In this document: piece after piece, positions 50,462 to 61,589 of the stretch
Numbering within the stretch: the stretch's first letter is position 1
Layout of the letters: every line of letters starts with the position of its first letter
From: Leucoraja ocellata
Lineage: Eukaryota
NCBI GenBank assembly: GCA_036785375.1
Contig: JAWMAR010000277.1
Coordinates: forward strand, 1,612,001 to 1,676,000
DNA length: 64,000 bases
Direction of reading: 5' to 3'
Made by a program: the position numbers and the translations under genes
The notes under the pieces: generated by a model
What the model was told of the DNA's origin: nothing
What the model saw: the letters and a program-made list of their open reading frames with translations, nothing else
The model's database searches: none

Positions 50462-51064
50462 GTATGGTTAGTATAGTAAGACCTGAGTGATCTCCTGGAC
50501 AAGTGTCGATCGCCTAGATTGGGGTCGGAGAGGAATTTCCCGGATTTTTTTTCCCGAATTGGACCTGGGTTTTTATCCGGTTTTTTGCCTCCCCCAGGAG
50601 ATCACGAGGTTCTTGGGGTGGAGAGGGGTGATAGTGGTATAAAGGGGAGGGTAGTGTCTTGTGTTCTGTGTCTTGTGTCTACTGTTTGTGGGTAAGTGTG
50701 TCTGTTTAGTGTTCAGCCATGAGCGAATGGCGGTGCGGGCTCGATGGACCTGGTGGTCTGCTCTCGCACCTACTTTCTATGTTTCTATGGTTATCAAAAA
50801 TTACAGAGAGATCTTGATCAGGTGGGCAGTGGAAAGACTAATGGAGTTTAATTCAGATCAGCGTGAGGTATTGCACTTTAGCATGTTGAACCAAAGTAGG
50901 ACCTTCATGGTGAATGGTGGGGCCTTGTGGAGTATTGTGGAGCGGATGCATCTAGGAGAACAAGTACATAGTTTCCTGCCTGTGGCATCACAGATAGATA
51001 GGGTGCTGAGGAAGGATTTTGGCAAATCGACCTTCATCAGTCAAGGAAATGAGTATAGAAGTTA

Positions 51065-51495
51065 GACAATAGAAAATAGACAATAGGTGCAGGAGTAGGC
51101 CATCCGGCCACTCGAGCCAGCACCGCCATTCAATGTGATCATGGCTGATCATCCCCAATCAGTACCCCATTCCTGCCTTTTCCCCATATCCCTTGGCTCC
51201 GCTATCTTTAAGTGCCCTATCTAGCTCTCTCTTGAAAGTATCCAGAGAACCGGCCTCCTCTGAGGCAGAGAATTCCACAGAGACTCACAACTCTCTGCGA
51301 AAAAAAGTGTTTCCTCGTCTTCGTTCTAAATGGCTTACCACTTATTCTTAAACTGTGGCCCCTGGTTCTTGACTCCTCCAAAATTGGGAACATAATTCCT
51401 GCCTCTAGCATGTCCAAACCCATAACAGTTTTATATGTTTCAATAAGATATCCTCTCATCCTTCTAAACTCCAGAATATACAAGCCCAGCCGCTG
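51065..51495 (-). mobile_element. CR1 LINE 3' fragment
   Basis: RLGLYILEFRRMRGYLIETYK...RTRGHSL; tail on minus strand; interrupts the old plus-strand CR1 (50790-51640). Confidence 0.8.
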
Positions 51496-51644
51496 GGACA
51501 TTATGTTGGAACATGTTGAAACATATGTTGCAACTTTGGTGTACAAGACTTTGGTGAGGCAGCACTTGGAATGTTGTGTTCGGTCTTGGTAACCCTGCTA
51601 TGGCAAGGATGCTGTTAGGCTAAAGTGTAGAGAAGTTTTATGAA

Positions 51645-53722
51645 CATAGAAACATAGAAAATAGGTGCAGGAGGAGGCCATTCGGCCCGAGCCAGCACCG
51701 CCATTCATTGTGATCATGGCTGATCGTCCCCAATCAATAACCCGTGCATGCCTTCTCCCCATATCCCTTGATTCCACTAGCCCCATGAGCTATATCTAAC
51801 ACTCTCTGTTGGATTTCCACAAATTCACAACTCTCTGGGTGAAAATGTTTTTTATCACCTCAGTCTTAAATGGCTTCCCCTTTACTCTAAGACTGTGGCC
51901 CCTGGTTCTGGACTCGCCCAACATTGGGAACATTTTTCCTGCATCTAGCTTGTCCAGTCCTTTTATAAGTCTCAATAAGATATCCCCTCATCCTTCTAAA
52001 CTCCAGTGAATACAAGCCTAGTCTTTTCAATCTTTCCTCATATGACAGTCCCGCCATCCCAGGGATCAATCTCATGAACCTACGCTGCACTGCCTCAATC
52101 ACAAGGATGTCCTTCCTCGAATTAGGGGACCAAAACTGAATACAATACTCCAGATGTGGTCTCACCAGAGCCCTATACAACTCTAGAAGAACCTCTTTAC
52201 TCCTATACTGGAATCCTCTTGTTATGAAGGCCAACATTCCATTAGCTTTCTTCACTGCCTGCTGTACCTGCACGCCAACTTTCAGTGACCGGTGTGCAAG
52301 GACGTCTAGGTCTCGCTGCACCTCCCCCTTGCCTAACCTAACCCCATTGAGATAATAATCTGCCCCTTTATTTTTGCCGCCAAAGTGGACAACCTCACAT
52401 TTATCTATATTATATTGCATCTGCCACGCATCTGCCCACTCACTCAATCGGTCCAGGTCACCCTGCAACTCCTAACATCCTCTTCACAGTTCACACTGCC
52501 ACCCAGCTTTGTGTCATCTGCAAACTTGCTAGTGTTGCTCCTAATTCCCTCTTCCAAATCATTAATATATATGCTGAACAGTTGCGGCCCCAACACCGAG
52601 CCTTGCGGCACTCCACTCGCCACTGCCTGCCATTCTGAAAAGGACCCGTTCACTTCTACTCTTTGCTACCTGTCTGCCAACCAATTTTCTATCCATGTCA
52701 ACACCCTACTCCCAATACCATGTGCTCTAATTTTAGTCACCAGTCTCCCGTACGGGACCTTATCAAAGGCTTTCTGAAAGTCTAGATACTGGCATCCACT
52801 GGTACACCTTCATCCATTTTACTTGTCACATCCTCAAAAAATTCCAGAAGATTAGTCAAGCATGATTTCCCTTTCATAAATCCATGTTGACTTGGACTAA
52901 TCCTTTTACTGTTGTCCAAATACCCCATTATTACCTCTTTAATAATTAACTCCAGCATCTTTCCCACCACCGAAGTCAGGCTAACTGGTCTGTAATTCCC
53001 CGTTTTCTCTGATCAGCGTGATCCTGTATCGATCGAACATTGGAAAATGATCACCAATGTGTCCACTATTTCTAGAGCCACCTCCCTGAGGACCCTTGGA
53101 AGTAGACCATCAGGTCCAGGGGATTTATCATCCTTCAGTCCCATTAGTCTACCCAATACTGTTTCTCGCCTAATGAACATTTCTTTCAGTTCGTCTACCC
53201 CCTTAGATCCTCTGTCCTCCAGTACATCTGGGAGATTGTTTGTGTCTTCCTTAGTGAAGACAGATCCAAAGTACCTGTTCAACTCTTCTGCCATTTCCTT
53301 ATTACCCATAATAATTTCACCCATGTCTGCCTTCAAGGGACCCACATTTGACTTTGCTACTCTTTTTCCCTTAACATATCTAAAGAAGCTTTTACTGTCC
53401 TTCTTTATATTCCTGGCCAGCTTTCCTTCGTACTTCATCTTTTCAGCCCGTATTGCCCGTTTTGTTTCCTTCTGTTGTCCTATGAAAGTTTCCCAATCCT
53501 CTGGCTTCCGGCTACTCTTTGCTGTGTTATACATCTTTTCTTTTAGTTTTATTCTATCCCTAACTTCTCTTGTCAGCCACGGTTGCCTCCTACTCCCCTA
53601 GAATCTTTCTTCCTTTTTGGAATGAAATGATCCTGCATCTTCCGGATTATGCCCAGAAATTCCTGCCATTGTTGTTCCACCGTCATTCCTGCTAGGATCC
53701 CCTTCCAGTCTACCTTGGCTGT
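51645..53722 (-). mobile_element. 5'-truncated CR1 LINE, degenerate ORF2
   Basis: ORFs 53013..53534 (KSPGPDG), 52782..52970 (QHGF..GKSCLTNL), 52444..52653 ([14 protein letters not shown]), 51887..52468. Confidence 0.9.
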
Positions 53723-54243
53723 TCTGTTCATAAACAGAAGGTCAATTATGGTCAATTTTCTGATAATATGTTATCTCTAACTTTTCAAAGGTTCCACCTG
53801 CTAACCACATGGCATTGGTTCTCGTGTGCTCTAGACCTGCAAATGGAGGTGCTCCTCAGTGGTCACCCTATCTGTTGTAGAGGAGACCGCATTGTGACGA
53901 TAGTATCCAGTACAGCAGATTAATCTCCTGCGCTGTTTGTTCCCAAGTGTCTTTATAAGATTATCTTTTTAGATGTCTTTCAAGAGTTTTTTCCAGACTT
54001 TCCTCAATGTCTTCCAATAGGAAGTTAGTTTCAGTTCTTTAAAAGTTTGGTAAAATAAGTGAGGAAATTATATTGAGAAAGCATAATTGCTAGTCAGACC
54101 ACAGCACAAGTATTAGTTTCAGGTCTTGTCAACAACGTTTGGAACCACCAAAATGCAATTGAATATATCCTTATGGTTTTTCAGTAATTTCACTTCTAAC
54201 CCTTTCCTGCAATCCCCTGACCCAGTGATATATCCAGAGAAAT

Positions 54244-55347
54244 TTGGAAAAAAATATTACTTCTGTGCCCGATGTCGCCTCCGCACCGGCCAAATTCACG
54301 CGGCAGGGCAGCAAGGCTAGACACGAAATTAACAAGGTCGTGGACTCAGAGGAGTCCGACTTTGAACCACCGCGGGTGGCCAGCGACCGAGAGCGCTGGA
54401 GCCGAATGGAACGGTGTATGGAGCATTTGCTCCAACGTGACAGACTCCGGGATATGGAGTCGAGTCACTGTGGGCACTATGGTAAACCCACAGCAGTACC
54501 TTTTCAAGGGCTGCACAGTGCTTCTACCTCATCGGAGGGGAGCACTGCGGGTCAGTGCTGGGTTGACCTGGCCGCAGAAGAAACAACAAGTGTGCATGGG
54601 GTGCAGGATAAAGCGAACTTACTGGACATGGTGGCCAATTTTATACAGCCGGAACAGACTGGACAAAATCTGGAGCCAAAGCTTGCTGCCAGTATAGACT
54701 ACATGTCTTTAAACCAGTTACAAGAGCAGGCTGTACTGAACACCACAGGAAGACACCTGGCACCGGGCAATTGCATATCTCTGAACGTTCCAATAGTTAA
54801 CAACTGTATATGGAAACACATTGGAACAGGAGTCAGGAGCATGGATGTAAAATTGCAAAAAGTACTGAAAGTACTGACCGCAGGGATAACAGCATTTGCC
54901 CGTACAGTGGACGACAGGGATCAACAAGATGCACTGGCACTATTCTGCAACACCCAGCATGAAATAAATAACATCAGGAAAAGTGCCATTCAACCCACAC
55001 TGAACCCAAAATTCGCAGGACTATGCAAACCTGGGACCACGAAACCACCCATACTCCTGTTTGGAGGCAACCTATTGAAGCAGGTAAAAGAGCTCGATGA
55101 GGAAGCCAAAACCTTGGGGTTAATAAAAGGAACACCAACAAAAACCCACTACAGCCAAAGACAGCATCCCTACGCACACACCAGCAGAACTGGTGAAAGC
55201 TCGAAGGCATGGTATTTCAAACATGAGTCTTTTTTAGGCCATGGCCCAGGCCGGCCTTCTTGGAAGATGCGGGGAACCCCAACGCCAACCAAACCGAAAA
55301 ACCAGGCACCAGCGCAACAACAGCGGAAAAACTACAAAAAGAAGTAA
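54244..55347 (+). CDS. DIRS gag-like ORF1 (N-terminus probably truncated or fused to flank)
   Basis: 367-aa open frame directly upstream of pol; PGNC..L.VP.VN..IW, D.KLQK and LLFG.NL motifs; basic C-terminus. Confidence 0.7.
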   Translation: MEKNITSVPDVASAPAKFTRQGSKARHEINKVVDSEESDFEPPRVASDRERWSRMERCMEHLLQRDRLRDMESSHCGHYGKPTAVPFQGLHSASTSSEGSTAGQCWVDLAAEETTSVHGVQDKANLLDMVANFIQPEQTGQNLEPKLAASIDYMSLNQLQEQAVLNTTGRHLAPGNCISLNVPIVNNCIWKHIGTGVRSMDVKLQKVLKVLTAGITAFARTVDDRDQQDALALFCNTQHEINNIRKSAIQPTLNPKFAGLCKPGTTKPPILLFGGNLLKQVKELDEEAKTLGLIKGTPTKTHYSQRQHPYAHTSRTGESSKAWYFKHESFLGHGPGRPSWKMRGTPTPTKPKNQAPAQQQRKNYKKK

Positions 55348-55364
55348 ACCTGCCACTGGTAACA

Positions 55365-57270
55365 ATGGAGGTAGGTGGGTCTGGTTCCCTAAAAAATATG
55401 GAGAGCATGGAGGTTGGGGGGAGACTACACTGGTTTTTGAATGCATGGAGCATATTAACAACCGATATCCAAGGATATACAATAGAGTTTATACACAAGT
55501 ACAGCCTTCCAGTTCAACATATACTGAACCAAGTGTTCGTGCTCTCTGATAAAGAAAAATCAGGCACAAGCTGAACTGGAGCGGCTCTATATAAAAGGTG
55601 TAATTGAGATAACACAACACGAACCATTAGAATTTGTGTCCAATATTTTTACCAAAATCAAAAAAGATGGTGGTTGTCGCATCATCATCGATCTAACAAA
55701 ATTGAATACATTTGTACAATATATTCACTTTAAAATGGAAACCTTTGTTACTGCTAAACAATTAATTTCCAAAGGTTACTTCATGGCCAGCATCGATTTA
55801 AAAGATGCTTACTATACAGTGCCTATACGAGGTAACCACATATGTTACTTAAAATTCAACTGGATGGGACAACTCTGACAGTATAAAGCACTGCCAAATG
55901 GCCTATCATCAGCCCCCAGGCTGTTCACAAAAATTTTAAAACTAGCCCTAGCATTTCTACGGAAACGTAAACACATGGTTATGGCATATTTAGATGACAT
56001 ACTCATTGTGGGCAAAACTTTGGAATTGGCCATACAGACTGTAACAGCCACAAAACAGCTATTTGAAAAACTGGGATTTATCATCCATCCAATTAAATCT
56101 AAACTAACGCCGTCCACCACTATGGATTATTTGGGGTTCAGCATTGACTCAGTTCACATGTCGGTGACACTACCTAAGGGAAAGGCTAGAGATTTAATAG
56201 AGGCTTGCAATAACCTCATTGACATCAGAAAACCATCCATCAGATTGGTAGCAAAAGTAATTGGTAAAATAGTGGCAGCTTTCCTAGCCACACAATTTGG
56301 ACCTCTACATTACCAAAACTTACAGAGAGCAAAAATACAAGCGCTCAAAATTAATGCAGGTCATTTTAACAGACCTATGAGACTACCAATCCAAGCCAAA
56401 ACGGAACTAATATGGTGGATAGACAACATTTGGTTTTGTTCAAACCCAATCATTGTCAGTAACCCTTCCATGGTACTACAATCTGATGCCAGTGCAATTG
56501 GGTGGGGAGCCACCAATACCATCACCAGCTGTGGAGGGAGATGGACTGCACAGGAGGCATCTTTCTTACTCACACTGGGCATAAACTACTTGGAAATGTT
56601 GGGTGCATTCCATGGCCTAAAGTCATATTGTACTGGGTCATATAACCAGCATGTTCGACTTCAAATAGACAATACCACCGTGGTAGCATACATTAACCAC
56701 ATGGGTGGAAACAAATCGATTTCAAGTGACAATCTGGCTAACTCAATTTGGCAATGGTGCATCCAAAGAGATATTTGGATATCAGCCACTTACCTACCAA
56801 GGAGACTAAATTTAGTGGCAGACACCAGGTCATGCAAATTTAATGAAAACACCAAATGGATGTTGAACAAAATAGTATTTGCTGATATTACAGCAAAATA
56901 TGGAACACCAGATATCGATCTATTCGCATCCAGACTAAACAACCAGATACCAAACTATGTTTCATGGGGACCAGACCCTGGGGCAGCAGCGACAGATGCA
57001 TTTTCGCTGCACTGGGGGAAATTGTTTATTTACGCATTCCCTCCTTTCTGCCTCATCAGTCGGGTATTAAGGAAAATACAACAAGACTCTGCGTCTGGTA
57101 TTTTGGTAGTACCCGATTGGCCTACACAACCATGGTTCCCAGTGGTATTAAACATAGTATTAGAACCATGTATCGCCATCCCACATAGACCAGACTTATT
57201 GCTACATCCCATAACAGGGGATAGCCACCCATGCCATAAATATTTGAACCTATTAATTTGTAGAGTTTAA
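55365..57270 (+). pseudogene. DIRS pol: RT, RNase H and N6-adenine methyltransferase-like domain
   Basis: VGGRL, KKDGG.R.IIDL, FKMET, IDLKDAY, LPNGLSSAPRLFTK, YLDD (55987-55998), SDAS..GWG, INYLE, DNTT, DLFAS, YAFPPF; frameshift at about 55560 and TGA at 55876-55878. Confidence 0.9.
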
Positions 57271-57274
57271 AAAC

Positions 57275-58242
57275 ACCACTTCTACAACTGGGACTAACGG
57301 ACCGAACAGCGAACATGATCTCGGCGGCCCAAAGACAATCGACTAAAAAACAGTATCTGGTCTACATCAGGAAGTGGGAAATGTACTGCCATAAAAACAA
57401 CATCACCGACAGAAACATGAACATCCCGTCTGTTCTGGAATATCTGGCAGGCCTCCACTATGATGAGGGTACTCAGTTATAGTGCCATCAACAGCGCCAG
57501 AAGTGCCCTGTCGACTTACCTATGGCAAGGGACAGAGCGTTACCCTGTAGGGACTCACCCACTGGTAACAAAGCTCATGAGGGGAATTTTTAATACTAAT
57601 CCCCCAAAAACCAGGTACTCCCAAATTTGGGATGTAAGCATTGTCCTAAAGACGCTCAGAAACTGGTCTCCAGCATCAGCTCTGTCTCTACACAGACTGA
57701 TTTTAAAAACAGTCACGTTAATGGCATTAGTCACGGCACAGAGGGTACAGTCACTGCACAAACTCAGACTGGACAACATGACTTCCTCACCTGACAATAT
57801 TACGTTCCACATCTACGAGCTAGTAAAGCAGAACAGACAGGGATCAGCAGGCCTCAATATACTATTTAGGTCATACCCTACAGATGACCGTCTCTGTATA
57901 GTTAGACACCTGTCATTATACACAGAGAAAACTAAAATCCTAAGAGGCAATGAGAAGGGACTTCTGATCAGCCACAAGCAACCTCACAAAAGAGTGACGG
58001 TCCAGACCATCTCAAGATGGCTAAAACAGGTGCTTACACAGGCTGGGGTTGATACTAACATTTTTTAATCTCATTCCACCAGGCCTGCAACAACATCTGG
58101 AGCAATACAATTGGATGTGCCCATGGACCAAGTCCTCGAAGCAGCAGGATGGTCAGGGGAACGAACATTCCAATTATTTTACAATAAACCAGTAATGAAA
58201 ACTGGAACATTTGCAGAAAAAATTTTAAGTTCTGTAAATTAA
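57275..58242 (+). pseudogene. DIRS tyrosine recombinase
   Basis: STKKQY...W, SARSALS, HPLV..LMRGI...PP..RY...WDV, AQRVQSL, TISRW, F*SHSTR, AAGWS...F..FY.KP; frameshift at about 57470 and TAA at 58066-58068. Confidence 0.88.
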
Positions 58243-58432
58243 TTCAAACCCATAAAAGGATCATAATTTTTGTTAACAAATTTTATGATTTCAATATCGA
58301 ATTCATGTCCAAATTATGTTAACACTATTCCTCGTACAGTCAAGGCAGACGTGATGCATGGACTTGTTTCCACGGCATGAAATCACAGAGCTTTAAAATC
58401 TTCACGTAGACACTCACGTGACTCCGAAGTAA

Positions 58433-58727
58433 AATAGTAAGATTAAACGAGAACTTACCAGTTTGAAGTTTGATCTGTATTTTATGAGGAGTTACGATGA
58501 GGGATTACGTGCCCTCCGCTCCCACCCTTGATCATATACTTAACTGGTATCTCTTCTCTAATCTTACTATGTTTAGTCATTACAGTTGTCTGTGATTTCA
58601 CACCGCTGCTTTGAAGAATGACACGCATGCGTCCTGGCGGGGTTCTTCACGTAATCCCTCATCGTAACTCCTCATAAAATACAGATCAAACTTCAAACTG
58701 GTAAGTTCTCGTTTAAAACTTACTATT
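58433..58727. repeat. ~80-bp inverted repeat (DIRS ICR and right terminal extension)
   Basis: 58433-58511 is the near-perfect reverse complement of 58648-58727. Confidence 0.92.
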
Positions 58728-58729
58728 AA

Positions 58730-59410
58730 ACTGCATCTGCCATGCATCTGCCCACTACCCCAACCTGTCCAAGTCACCCTGCATCCTCATAGCATCCTCC
58801 TCACAGTTCACACTGCCACCCAGCTTTGTGTCATCTGCAAATTTGCTAATGTTACTTTGATTCCCTTCATCTAAATCATTAATATATATTGTAAATAGCT
58901 ACGGTCCCAGCACTGAGCCTTGCGGTACCCCACTAGTCACTGCCTGCCATTCTGAAAGGGACCTGTTAATTCCTACTCTTTGTTTCCTGTCTGCCAACCA
59001 CATCTCTATCCATGTCAGCACTCTACCCCCAATACCATGTGCTCTAATTTTTCCCACTAATCTCCCATGTGGGACCTTATCAAATGCTTTCTGAAAGTCC
59101 AAGTACACCACATCCACTGGCTCCCCTTTGTCCATTTTCCCAGTTATACCCTCAAAAAAATTCCAGAAGATTAGTCAAGCATGTTTTCCCCTTCGTAAAT
59201 CCATGCTGACTCAGACCGATCTTGCTACTGCTATCAAAATGAGCCGCTATTTCATCTTTTATAATTGACTCCAGCATCTTCCCCACCACCGATGTCGGGC
59301 TAACTGGTCTATAATTCACTATTTTCTCTCTCCCGCCTTTCTTAAAAAATGGGATAACATTAGCTATCCTCCAATCCACAGGAACTGATCCTGAATCTAT
59401 AGAACACTGG
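58730..59410 (-). mobile_element. CR1 LINE internal RT fragment
   Basis: [35 protein letters not shown]. Confidence 0.88.
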
Positions 59411-60567
59411 ACCAATAATGTTGAATGTTGACCTTATAATCCAGCTAGCATGAATTGCTCACTATTTTTTAACTCTAATTACCTGCTGAGTTACTCCAGC
59501 TTTTTGTGTCTAACAAGAATTCAAATCCTTGACAGATTGATAATTTTATTTCAGATTTTCAATCTTAAAAATAATAACCAGGTATCAGTAACAGTGTATA
59601 AAAATCTATTACATCATTATTATAACCCAGTTCATTAAAAATCCTTTACAGAATAAAATTTATAATGGCTCAAGTTCCACAGTATGGTTAAATGGAGAAA
59701 TATAGTTTTGAAATTTTCAATTGACTCAGTTTGAGTCAGGGAGAATCTTCCAGATTCCCATTACCTTTTGTAACACAAGTATCCTCTGAAGTACCTGTGT
59801 AAATCATGACATTGCATCAAATTGCAAGCAGCAATTGAGGAATATTGGCCATCACCAGGGCAACTAGAAATGACAATTATATTGCTGCCCTTGCCAGTGA
59901 TACCCACATCTGGACTATTAAAGACAGTCTTTGAAAACTATTCACTTTAAAATTTAATTTCTAATGTTTAAATAAATTAATAATATAAATATCAGTATTG
60001 AAACAGTTAAACAATTTTATAACCTTCCTTGTTTTTCTTTCTGAAAAAGGGTCTCGACCTGAAACATCACCCATTCCTTCTCTCCAGAGCTGCTGCCTGT
60101 CCTGCTGAGTTATTCCAGATTTTTGTGTCTATCTTTTGTTTTTCCTCAGATTTGTTTTAATTCTTGCCCCGTGGCATTATACTGTAGTTGTTACCAAGTC
60201 TAGATTGCACCACACTGTTAACTAACTTTGTGTACGAGACCCCAGTACAACAAGATGTGTGGAATTATTTCTTCTTAGGATTTATGCCAAAATATTGTTA
60301 TTGAATTGTACTTGTTTGACTTTGGTGCACAATTCATTCTTCTACAGGGATTCTAATTGTTTCACAACTAAATTGTAGGTCTTTTATTAAGGTGGCCGCT
60401 CGGGACCAAGAATGCTTACGTTCAGTTTTTTGTGGGTTTTGAGGTGGATAGTGCAGGCACTGCAGACTCTTCCATAGAATGGGTTGGATTCGGCTAATGA
60501 GATGAGATGAGATTTTAAAATGTTTGGCTCATTCTTAAATGAATCGATCATCTGGGGTATGTTCAGT

Positions 60568-60836
60568 TTTAGTTTTTTAGTTTTAGATTCACAGCGAGGA
60601 AACAGGCCCTTTGGCCCAATGAGTCTGCACCGAACAACGATTCCCGCACATTAACATTATCTGCACACACCTGTACGTCTTTGGAGTGTGGGAGGAAACC
60701 AAAGATCTCTGAGAAAACCCATGTGCTCATGGGGAGAACGTAAAACTCCGTACAGACAGGGCTCATAGTCGAGATCGAACCCTCGTCCCTGGTGCTGCAA
60801 GACAGCAACTCTACCGCTGCACCACCGTGCCGCGCC
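60568..60836 (-). mobile_element. HE1-like V-SINE
   Basis: Reverse strand ggcacggtggtgcagcggtagagttgct...ggttcgatct...(CTAAA)n. Confidence 0.85.
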
Positions 60837-60959
60837 CACTATACCGTTTTACACGTGTGTAGAAACCAGCTATTGCAGATGCGGGTTTACACAAAAGAGA
60901 CACAGAATGTTGGAACATATCAGTAGTTCAAACAACATCTCTGGATCACATGGATAGGT

Positions 60960-60987
60960 GACGTTTCGGGTCGGGACCCTTCTTCAG
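60960..60987 (-). ncRNA. Candidate minimal hammerhead ribozyme core in a PLE terminal repeat (60857-61020)
   Basis: Minus strand CUGAAGA-A-GGGU(CCCG)ACCC-GAAAC-GUC; flanks GAUcGGU / ACCuAUC can form stem I. Confidence 0.6.
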
Positions 60988-61589
60988 ACCGATCAGTTAC
61001 CCCAGCACTTTGTGTCCTTTTGCCTTGTGTTGTGTTCTCCTTGCCTGCACATAATCAGCCAGAAAGCAAGCTCAAAAATACCTGTTTCACTAGATGCTGA
61101 TCAGCATCACAAAGAATGGAAACCTGGTCCCAGGTGAACCTGCATACGACCATTTGGAAGGGCTCCATGTGCCACCTTGGTAACGTAATTTATTTTCCAT
61201 TGGCACATCTAATGATTGCTGACAGCATTCAGGGCTGGTAGATTATAATAATCATAGGCTCAAAGCCTACTTGTTGCCAGTGAAGCTATTTCTAATCAAT
61301 GCTCTCTCTTACCTTTCACTCCTACACTGACATCTAAGCACACAGAGAGACTTTTCTCACCACTGGTAATGCTATCTACACGAGTTACTACAAGGTATTC
61401 TGAACCATCTAACTCAACTGAGTATAAATTATAGATGTTTATGTATATTGCCTCAAGACAAGGATGGAGGCTCTTTCAGCCGTTCATTCTATGCCAGCTA
61501 CAAACCAATCTCATTTCCTGCAATCTACTCGCCTAAAATTTGCATTAAACTATCCTCAGATTCTAGCATTCGCCAACACATTTCAGACG

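Larger units (their letters stand above)
46211..50789 (+). mobile_element. Near full-length young CR1 LINE
   Basis: 5' UTR, ORF1, ORF2, long 3' UTR, (TTTCTATG)2 tail at 50774-50789; inserted in an older CR1. Confidence 0.93.
54258..58727 (+). mobile_element. DIRS1-like tyrosine-recombinase retrotransposon (left terminus missing; start approximate)
   Basis: gag-like ORF, RT-RNaseH-MT, YR, then an internal complementary region and right terminus forming an ~80-bp inverted repeat. Confidence 0.92.

Noticed and set aside
54244-58242. Prophage or bacterial contamination (integrase plus Dam-like methylase)
   Set aside because: Gene order gag, RT-RH-MT, YR, ICR is that of a eukaryotic DIRS1 retrotransposon, embedded among vertebrate repeats
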